This document shows, piece after piece, positions 55,931 to 64,000 of a stretch of 64,000 nucleotides of DNA. Source of the stretch: Macrostomum lignano (lineage: Eukaryota). How positions within the stretch are numbered: the first letter of the stretch is position 1; every line of letters starts with the position of its first letter. The stretch is from NCBI GenBank assembly GCA_002269645.1, contig NIVC01001382.1, forward strand, positions 87,640-151,639, in the 5' to 3' direction. The position numbers were made by a program, and so were the translations under genes. Below the pieces are notes generated by a model. The model saw nothing but the letters and a program-made list of their open reading frames with translations. It searched no databases and was not told where the DNA came from.

Positions 55931-58420
55931 TTACCTAAGGAAACATGGTAATAAGTTTTTTATAACAAATAAAAACAATATTATTACTATTTTTGTTACT
56001 AAAATAATTATTGACATTTGTTCAACTGTTATCAAACTTAAATTTTCATTAAGTTCTGAACGACTGTCCTTCTCAATCAGATCGATTGACATTTCATGTA
56101 GCTTTGTGCGACCGAGATCACTATCATCCTGTGAGATCTGGCTTAAAAAGTAATTAAGCATGCGCAAAGTTAGGGCTAATTGATTTGGAGTCAGACTGGA
56201 CTGGTCGAGTCGGAACTGTTTCACAAGCCATTCTGCTGTACCTTTTTCTGGTGGTGGTAATCTTGAAAGCTTACTGTTGAGGAGATTGCAGTTGTCTATG
56301 GAAAAATCCTTCTCAGACAAAGCAGTTGGTACTACAACTTCTCCATGACCGAGCTCTTGAAAAGATGCAATCTCTTGGTCACGCTCAATCCTAGCTGGTT
56401 GATCGCTACTATTTAGCAATCGGACTAACACGTGATTCGTCGGGCTGACTCTATCCACTGACCTAGCTACAAAAAATTCTGAGTCTGTATTGAAAAGTTT
56501 AGAGGAGACTGTGCCACTCAGGTTTGGCACAGTGTCAATCACTCGACTCGGCACTAGGGTTTCCGAGTGAGGTGGTAGCTCAGAGGTACAAGCAGCCAAT
56601 ACACGGCGTATGCGAAACACCCCCTTATCGCCCTCGATCACAGGCACTGCTCCACCGGCCACGAGTACCTGGCCACAGGTGAAATCCAGCAGCACCTGGA
56701 AACCACGGAGGAAATCAATACCTAAGAGCGATTCAGCAGTGGATTCTTCGGTCACAAGGAAAACGTGATGTTTTTTAATCTTGCCTAGTTCAACTTCGCA
56801 GCGCAAAGAGCCTAAAATCTGGGTGGTGGACCCGTTGAAAGCCGTCGCCTTTGCGTCTTTGTGCGCTGGCGAAAAGATGTTGTTGATCGGATCGGCTTCA
56901 ACCAGTCTCTCCATGGCTTGCTTCCCCATCACGCTGGCGTTTGCCCCCGAGTCAAGGCAAGCCATGACTTGGTTGTCCCCGATTCGCAACTGGACAAAGA
57001 AGCTGGAATCCACCGCAGGCTCATCGGAACTAGTTTGGCCTAAATGCGTCTGATTGATCGATGGAATTGGCCTTACCCCACAAGCCTGATCGCGCTTCTT
57101 GCCCGAGTCAATTTTCCGATGGAATTGGACTCTTGTGCCTACGAGTTGGTGCTGGTCAGCCGAACGGTTCAAGGATTCAGACAGCTCACCACGGTGAAAG
57201 AAGAGCTGGTCGGGAAGTTGTTCTGATTGAATGAACCCGAAGTTCCCTTTCCAGGAAACAATTGAACCAACCTCCGACATATGCTGGGCCTGATTATTTG
57301 GAGGATGACTCTTAGCAGCGGTCTGGTGAGCTATTGGAGGTGATGGTGTGATGGGACAGTCGGCAATGAAATGGTCCTCACCACCGCACCTGTAGCATTT
57401 CCTTGATCTGGACACCGCTGTACCAAATTGCTGAGTTGCCCCGTGATTTGGCGGTTGTTTATTCTTGTGCTTGTTATGTGGCTTGTGTTGGTTTGAATTT
57501 TGGATTGACTTGTTAGATGGTTGTGGTTGATTGACAGCAACAGGCTTGGAAACTCCAGCCTGGTTCTGGAGTCGAAGGAGTCTCTCTAGCTCTTCTACTC
57601 TTGCCTCCAGAGACGCCTTCTCGGTTTCAAGGACACGGATATTCGCAGAGGAGTTTGGAGCGGGTTGCAGAAGTTGCTGAATACCAACGATCCTTTTGGC
57701 CTTCTTAACCAACTCGGCAGACGGGACAGTCTTAGCCTTTGCCCCACTAGACTCATCACTCACCCCTGCATCACTGCTCCAAAGCAAGAGTTTTTCTGCG
57801 AGCACCTTATCCCGAATGCCATGGCACAGCCTCGCTCGTAATAAAGGTTCAGCTTCAGTAGATGAGAGGTCTGCTAACCGGGCATAAGATGCTAACCTAT
57901 CGTAAAACTCGGCAATCGATTCGGTGCTGTTCTGGTGAGCGGCAACTAGTTCCATATAACTTTTCTCCCTAACGTTAGAGTCAGTGTAACGCGCTCTCAT
58001 AGACTTCAGTGCCTCTTCACAGGTCTGGTCCGTAAGATTGTTATTTAGAAAGTACTCCTGGCATTCTGGTGCCAGAAGGGACAGCAGGACTGAAGTCTGT
58101 TGAAAGTGAGGAACCCTATGAGCTTCAATGTAGGCATTGAACTGAGCTTCCCAGGCATCAAACTTCGTGGTGCAAGTGAACAACGGTGGCGGCCGAAGCT
58201 TAATGCATGTAGCTGTTTCCTTCTGTTGACTCTGGTAGAACGATTGAGAACGGGACTCTCTTGAGAATTGATTTTCTAACAACCGGTGCAGTGCAGCAAT
58301 GGTACTAGCAAGAAGTGGCTCTGAGTCTGTAGTGTTGCTTGACACAAACTTTCTTTCCTGAGCAGAAGCGGCTGGATTTGGAGAGCCAGCAGTGGCACCC
58401 CTGTCCTCGCGGTCACTCAT
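55931..58420 (-). CDS. gag: Gag-Pro of element B with CCHC knuckle, cold-shock domain, aspartic protease and dUTPase-like domain
   Basis: Likely ATG at 58420 (MSDREDRG). PPLF...FDAWEAQF; CYRCGGEDHFIADC (57356-57397); GSIVSWKGNFGFI...LFFH...VGTRVQF...A.GVR (57071-57280); CLDSGANAS; LLGIDFL. The last ~40 aa are read-through into flanking DNA. Confidence 0.9.
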   Translation of the reverse strand: MSDREDRGATAGSPNPAASAQERKFVSSNTTDSEPLLASTIAALHRLLENQFSRESRSQSFYQSQQKETATCIKLRPPPLFTCTTKFDAWEAQFNAYIEAHRVPHFQQTSVLLSLLAPECQEYFLNNNLTDQTCEEALKSMRARYTDSNVREKSYMELVAAHQNSTESIAEFYDRLASYARLADLSSTEAEPLLRARLCHGIRDKVLAEKLLLWSSDAGVSDESSGAKAKTVPSAELVKKAKRIVGIQQLLQPAPNSSANIRVLETEKASLEARVEELERLLRLQNQAGVSKPVAVNQPQPSNKSIQNSNQHKPHNKHKNKQPPNHGATQQFGTAVSRSRKCYRCGGEDHFIADCPITPSPPIAHQTAAKSHPPNNQAQHMSEVGSIVSWKGNFGFIQSEQLPDQLFFHRGELSESLNRSADQHQLVGTRVQFHRKIDSGKKRDQACGVRPIPSINQTHLGQTSSDEPAVDSSFFVQLRIGDNQVMACLDSGANASVMGKQAMERLVEADPINNIFSPAHKDAKATAFNGSTTQILGSLRCEVELGKIKKHHVFLVTEESTAESLLGIDFLRGFQVLLDFTCGQVLVAGGAVPVIEGDKGVFRIRRVLAACTSELPPHSETLVPSRVIDTVPNLSGTVSSKLFNTDSEFFVARSVDRVSPTNHVLVRLLNSSDQPARIERDQEIASFQELGHGEVVVPTALSEKDFSIDNCNLLNSKLSRLPPPEKGTAEWLVKQFRLDQSSLTPNQLALTLRMLNYFLSQISQDDSDLGRTKLHEMSIDLIEKDSRSELNENLSLITVEQMSIIILVTKIVIILFLFVIKNLLPCFLR

Positions 58421-58779
58421 GATCGGCTCGGCAACGAAGAGAAGGCAGCAAGAAAGAGAGAGAAGCGGAAAACGAGAGAAGAACAAAAGCAAAAGCACAC
58501 AGTGTCTGGCAGGACCTAATGCCCAACCTAAAGAATCTAAACTAAAATCACGCAAACCTAATGCTAACCTGCCAGACAAGAGCCCTAAAAGACACACACA
58601 GAGGGATTCATACCGGTTTACGAAACGTGATTGCGGGCTTAGCTGGTATCGTCGCTCGGACAGTCGTAGATGGCCTCTGGCGGATGCAGACTGCGTCTCG
58701 GCCGATGTGCAGATCGCTCCGGCCGATGGAGATCGTCTTTGGGTCACTTGCAGATAGCAGATCGCCTCAGCTCACCGCG

Positions 58780-59035
58780 GATCGCCAGAAATCGTCGCAG
58801 GTCGCTGCAGATCGCCGCAGATCGTCTCAGATCGCCGCAGATCGCTGCAGATCGCCGTAGATCGTTGCAGATCGCCGCAGATCGCCGCAGAACGTCGCAG
58901 ATCGCCACAGATCGCCGCAGATCGTCGCAGATCGCCGCAGCTCGCCGCAGAACGTCGCAGATCGCCACAGATCGCCGCAGATCGTCGCAGATCGCTGCAG
59001 ATCGTCGCAGATCGTCGCAGAACGTTGCAGATCGC
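58780..59035. repeat. 10-bp tandem repeat (AGATCGCCGC), ~25 copies, in the element B leader
   Basis: Read directly; variants AGATCGTCGC and AGAACGTCGC. Confidence 0.92.
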
Positions 59036-59105
59036 CACAAATAACAACGCAAATAGGCAGATGGGTGATCTAAGACCTCCGAGGAGCCGTGCGGGTTGAG
59101 TTGAG

Positions 59106-59122
59106 TCTCGGTGGGACCTCCA
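59106..59122 (-). promoter_or_regulatory. Primer-binding site of element B, tRNA-Gln type
   Basis: Minus-strand TGGAGGTCCCACCGAGA is complementary to the ...TCTCGGTGGGACCTCCA 3' end of metazoan tRNA-Gln (sequence recalled). Lies 6 nt from ...CGTCACA. Confidence 0.8.
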
Positions 59123-59541
59123 AATTTATGTGACGAATAAAGGCAGGAAGACGTGCAGTTTGTGTAGCGGTTAAATTTGATAATCTAGAGCCAGTAGCCG
59201 ACTTCCCTTAGCGTAAATTGCAGATTCAGATTTGGTATGTTGAATTGAAGGTTAGGTTTTGATTGGTAGCTGCTTAATTTTAGTGCGACTAAAGCAATTG
59301 AATGCGACGGCTAAGGGGCCCGCGAGAAGCGGAGCGAAAACTCAGGAGCGCAGGGGAGAGCGGCGACTGGATGCAAGCGTATATTTAATTGGTAAGGTAA
59401 ACAGATAACAAACAACAGCGACCCTAATCCAAAACCCAGACAAACCCCCCACGCGGCGCGCAATGTACATGTACAAATCAATCGATAAATATATCATACA
59501 AGAATAACATACGTCAGTACATGTACATAGGTAGAACTACT

Positions 59542-59943
59542 TTACGATAAATAATAACGATATGAATGAAATACCAATAATAGAATAAATACATACGAGG
59601 CTACAAAAACAAAGCAATTAACAGTAAAAATAGCGCGATAATAATACGTACGAATATTGTTAAAATAAATGGAAGAATACAGTAGTAGCACGGTATGCAT
59701 ATGAAAATAAAGAAATACGATACACGCGCTTCTACGAATCACACTGTCACATAACTCACCCTCTTGTTCTAAATCGTATAAACCATCCAACTCTAGGGGA
59801 TAAAGTTTTAGTTCATTTCCATCGTCGTATTTTAAATAAACTTCATCGATTATTCCATTCAAAATATGTTGTTTTATTATCTCTGAATTTTTAGCAACAG
59901 TTTCAAAAGTATCACTAACAGAAAAAGTGTAAACTCGGTTCAT
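59542..59943 (-). CDS. Hypothetical 133-aa protein, acidic N-half and hydrophobic C-half
   Basis: AAAATG start and an open frame in AT-rich DNA. No recognisable domain. Confidence 0.3.
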   Translation of the reverse strand: MNRVYTFSVSDTFETVAKNSEIIKQHILNGIIDEVYLKYDDGNELKLYPLELDGLYDLEQEGELCDSVIRRSACIVFLYFHMHTVLLLYSSIYFNNIRTYYYRAIFTVNCFVFVASYVFILLLVFHSYRYYLS

Positions 59944-60119
59944 TTTTAGTAACAGAAAAAAACCATTACAGACCCTTTGCGCCTGCGGCGCGGACTGGGG
60001 TTAGAGAGTGTTTGTGGGTGTTGGAAGAGATTGTTGCTGTTTGTTGCTGTTTGAATACCATACAAAATCGTCAGCAAACCAAAGCGAACGAAGAGAGCGA
60101 ATTTTCAGATACAAGGTAA

Positions 60120-60251
60120 TTTTATCCAATTCAAGGTGAAAGCACTCGTTTTGAGCGGAATGAAGCGAGGATGAGCGGAGCGAGTTGAGCGAAGTGAAGA
60201 CGAGCGATAATGGAGTGAAAAACGAGTGCTTTCACCTTGAATTGGATAAAA
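60120..60251. repeat. Perfect 33-bp inverted repeat around a GAGCG-rich 66-bp spacer
   Basis: TTTTATCCAATTCAAGGTGAAAGCACTCGTTTT (60120-60152) and its reverse complement (60219-60251). Confidence 0.9.
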
Positions 60252-60912
60252 ATCATTTGAATTCTGACCATGGTTTGCTGGCGATTTTGTATGGTTATAT
60301 ACTACTGCTATAGTAAGAAAGGCCGGAGTTTGCTGAGACGAAAGGTGGAGCCCTGCTAGGTGGGCTGATCGATATTTATTTATTTTGACTATGGATAAAA
60401 TCACGCCACCCGAGTGGAGTGGGGCTAGAGAATCGCCGCACTTAAAGTGCATGAATTTGTACATACTGTACGCAAGGCCGATGTACATATAAATCGGGCT
60501 CGCGCAAGCACTACATCTCTCCACGCGCGGATTAGTAACAAAGGGATAAAAACAAAATATTGTGACCAAAAAGTACATTGCACAAGTCTGCTACTGCAAA
60601 GCAATCACTGAGACTCATAAAAAGAGGCCGATTTCATAAAACAGCTAGCCGTAAGCCGTAAGCTGCTGCTCGTTAAGCTGCAACTTTCAGCAGTTGTTAA
60701 AAAAAAGCGTTTTATAAACGATTGCTAAAAAGCCGTGGTTTGTAAGCCACAGCTTATTTTTAACGACTTGCCTTAAGAGTCGTGGATTTGGCCATAGACA
60801 AATGTTTCACTGTTAAGATTCTTGTGTTGCTAACAAAGATGATTGAGGTCGCATAGCATGGAGTGCCAATAATTAGCGAAAAAGCAAAGCCGGTTGGATT
60901 AATGCGAGTAGA

Positions 60913-61573
60913 ATGGTTTCGACAGAGAGCAAGAAAATCTTTTTGACGGAGATGCTACGCAGAAGAGACGTGCTGATGGGAAGTTCAATGATCTAGCGGA
61001 CGGAAAATGAAAAAAAGTTGCAAGCGTGGACGGAAATAAAGTTCATCCTGGACGCTCAAGGCGTGAACAAGTCAATAATGCAGTTGCGCGACACACTATG
61101 GAAAAATCTACGACTGGCGGCACTCAAGAAAGTCGATGAATCGAGAAGGACTGGTAACGGTGGAGGCCACGAGAAACAGCTAAGTGAAATTGACAACTTA
61201 GTGCTGGATATTATTGGTCGCGGAAGCGTGGGCATGAACGGCCAGGCCGGCCGTCGAAGATTTGGAGATCTTTCATGATTGCAGTGAGAACGTTGGCGAC
61301 TCGCCGAGTCAACGAAGCTTGGAGTCGGCCACGTCGATGAGCCACGACAACGTTGGCGGCTCGCCGAGTCAACGAAGCAGTTCGACGTCCATGATGGCAC
61401 TCCTCGGGGAGACCTCTTCTACAAATGCGAGGCCTGGAAGGAAGCTATTGAAGCGTAAAGCTGTCTGCACCGGCGACAAGGACGAGAAAGAAGAGCTGCT
61501 GTTGGAAAACATTTGTCTGCGAAATGAGAAACTGAGGCTGGAGATAGCGATCCTTTACCAGAATAATTTCTAA
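60913..61573 (+). pseudogene. Harbinger Myb/SANT-like DNA-binding protein (frameshifted)
   Basis: K..KLQAWTEI...L...G..KSIMQLRDTLWKNLR..A.KK...RRTGNGGG...LSEIDNLVL.IIG. Confidence 0.8.
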
Positions 61574-61673
61574 TGAGTATGTACATGTAATGACGAAACT
61601 GTCTTTAGTTTTTACATTTCGCGTTGCTAAATTTCATGTTCTGCTATCAGCTGTTCAATTGTTTACGATTGTG

Positions 61674-61996
61674 TTACAAAGTTAAGAATGAAATGAACAA
61701 AACTAATATATGCAGAACGACACACGTTTTTATGATCTCAGCAGCAAGCACGGGCGTCGAAACTCGCAAAAATCGGAGGCACGGAAAGCGGAGTTTGAGT
61801 AGGCCAATGCTTCGCTTAACCAATGATCGAGTCACTTTAAGTGACCTGTTGAATGCCCGGGTAGCATTGGGCAGATTGTCCCCCAGAATCTCTGCACAAA
61901 ATCTGCAGTAACAGCGAAATTACGCCTGTCCAGGAAGACTCGAGCTCGTCTTCCTTCTTGCTCATTTAGTAGACCGTGTAAATGAAAAAAATTCAT
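61674..61996 (-). pseudogene. Harbinger DDE nuclease, N- and C-termini only
   Basis: RRARVFLDRRNF joined out of frame to ILGD..AFNRSL.VTR..V.RSIGLLKLRFPCL...II.TCVVLH. Confidence 0.75.
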
Positions 61997-62347
61997 TCGC
62001 TTGTCGTGTTCGAGGTTGGCTAGAAATTTACTGCTAAACAGACACTGCTCTTCAAACACGGCTAGTTTTATGAAATCGAAAATACTATCATTGCCCGAAA
62101 TATTTGTTCATGGCAATGACCTCCGGACAATGACCGGCCATTTTCTGGAGGTAAAAAAACAAGACTGGACAACAATACCATAGGCGAAAAAAGTAACACG
62201 AAGCGTGAAATTCTTATATTTATTGAAGTCCAACAAAAAATGTTCCAACAATAACACTGCTTAGTCAATTGAGTGCAAGTCTAACCTATGGTCATGTTCT
62301 CATCACGACAGCAGGAGAAAGTCCAGAAAATACGACGGTTGAGTCCA

Positions 62348-63803
62348 TTACTCAAATTTGCAACCATTGAATGAACAGTTGTGGAAACTGTACCTGACCG
62401 ACGGATTGTCATGACTGATGCCGGTGATCTGCACGGAAGACGACACAGGTACTGGCACCGGTGAACTCTCACGCAATGGAGTCGCAACAGCTTGTGAAGA
62501 ACCATTCAAATCAAGTGCCATAGAAACAGCCTCACTGGTAGACTGCAGCGAGCGATCACGGCGCTTGGACAGGTAACGGCGAGTTGTCCTCTCAGAAACC
62601 TGACCGGTTATCGACATGATGTCAGCCAGGTTGTACCCAGCAGCCTCTAGATCAGCAATCCTGCTCACTCTACAACAGAAATAAAGTATTGCATAGAAAA
62701 TATGCAACTGGTTTAAAGCAATATGAAGAAAAAGGCTTACCGAATGCAATGATTCGTGTACATCTTGGACAAACCGGCCTTCTCGCTCAAGTTTCGCATG
62801 AAACGCAGGAAGTAGTTCTCCCCGCGATTCTGCTTTGTTGAGAACATAGGCTGTCCATTGGAATCCGTGTTGGATAGTGGACGCGGAACAGATGGTTGTC
62901 CTTGGTTGTTGGAGGTAGCAGTTGTAGATATCTCCTCACTTTGGCCGTGTCGTAGATCCGAGCTTGTTTGTTGTCCGGCCTGGCCTTCGCCTTCACAGGA
63001 TCGGCTGACTTATTCTTCGTTGGCAGAGCAGGAAGACAGTAGTACTCCTTGCCGTCAGAATCCGTGTGCAATTCAAGCGAGTCCCTTTGTCTCAGGAACT
63101 TCAGATGCTCCTGGCCACGCTCTCCAAAGGAGTAAAGAACATAGAACAGAAATTTAGCCTGCTCGATTTCAGCCGTAGTCCCTTCAAAGTAGCACCGCAA
63201 CTTCTGCATGTCGCCTTCTTCAATTGGTTCATACTGCCTGGTGCAGCCACCATCTCGATGGAAATCACGAACCTTGACACGCAGCATCTCGTTGCAGGAA
63301 TTGAATTCCTCACCACCGATTATATCGACAGGCAGCTTCAGAACCATGCGTAGGAAACGCTGAATTCCAGCCCGGATACAGATGAGAGAGGCCGGCGAGT
63401 AGAACGAGCCATCCTGTTTCTTCAGCTTGAAGTAGAAGTACCGAAGATATTGGCTCAATGTAGGATTGTTGACATGCTGAATGTTGCGCAGATTCTCCCC
63501 TTCCAGGAAGTCTCGAAAACGTTGGCCATGCTGGTACATCTGCTTCCGAGTATCCTCAGGCAGACTCTCGATCTCGATTCTGTCCATCTCGGAAACGTCT
63601 ATCTTTTCATCTCCATCGATCATTGGCAGCCCAGTATCAGCTGGACCATTTTGGACATACTTCAGGAACGCATCGAAATCTTCGTCGTGCCGATCAACGG
63701 CAGAGGATTCCGAGAGGAAGTTCAGTTCATCCTGCGTGATGTTGCCGAGGTCCTCACACGGGAGGTTACCCCAATTAATATAATGTATTATCGGGTCGCT
63801 CAT
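62348..63803 (-). pseudogene. Crypton (CryptonA / DUF3504-like) tyrosine recombinase; one frameshift and one intron
   Basis: YSPASL...AGIQRFL; FGERGQE; TKN; a 1-nt shift near 62885 restores F.RP...YTNHCIR | intron 62670-62740 | VSRI...GY...MSITGQ.S...RRY; ends in F.NC.F. Confidence 0.88.
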
Positions 63804-64000
63804 GATGGACAGAAAACTCTTGAATCAACAGGTTTGGACAGACTACTTACTGCCTAGGAATCCCTCACACAAACCCCTTCACCCCCACTGAAAGTTTTGC
63901 CATAGACATTTCAACCCTCCATTCAATCAATAGGATTGTCATTGCCATGAACTCTCCACGCCTTTTGGCTTCGTGCCATAGACGTTTGTGCCTCCTCCTT

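Larger units (their letters stand above)
56060..59518 (-). mobile_element. Ty3/Gypsy element B, 3'-truncated just before RT
   Basis: LTR candidate 59129-~59518, tRNA-Gln PBS, repeat-rich leader, gag-PR ORF that loses pol similarity after LGRTKLHEMSIDLIEKD (~56065). Confidence 0.85.
60629..62078. mobile_element. PIF/Harbinger deletion derivative (~1.45 kb)
   Basis: Inverted CGATTTCATAAAAC(agc)TAGCCGT ends enclosing convergent Myb/SANT and nuclease remnants. Confidence 0.7.

Noticed and set aside
58561-59052. Arg/Ser-rich ORFs (RRSSQIAAD, CDDLRRSAA)
   Set aside because: Translations of the 10-bp leader repeat.

Overview
This is repeat-saturated eukaryotic DNA. GT-AG introns, the TE repertoire and tRNA-type PBSs point to an invertebrate animal, but the species cannot be identified from sequence alone. 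No intact host gene, rRNA, tRNA or CRISPR locus is supported. The window is a pile of nested mobile DNA: three degenerate EnSpm/CACTA-type transposase genes with accessory ORFs; a 6.4-kb hAT (12-bp TIRs, 8-bp TSD, one frameshift); an 855-bp Tc1 deletion derivative; a Mag-like Ty3/Gypsy with a solo LTR inside its 5' LTR; two further Gypsy elements and a third truncated LTR piece; a Harbinger remnant; a Crypton tyrosine recombinase; Polinton/Maverick capsid pseudogenes; MITEs and many minisatellites. Most notable: (1) a Gypsy Gag-Pro ORF with a cold-shock domain right after its CCHC knuckle (57071-57397); (2) a Gypsy LTR family with a ~52-bp-period series of LTR-end/tRNA-Leu-PBS units, plus a conserved block resembling the tRNA-Leu 5' half ~120 bp away (near 20.4-20.7, 46.4-46.7 and 55.1-55.4 kb); (3) a compact, intronless, virus-like pseudogene cluster headed by a Fic (AMPylase) gene (6.2-9.7 kb); (4) a 468-aa non-env accessory ORF with its own promoter in a Gypsy element. 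All family calls come from motifs recognised by eye; no database search was run.
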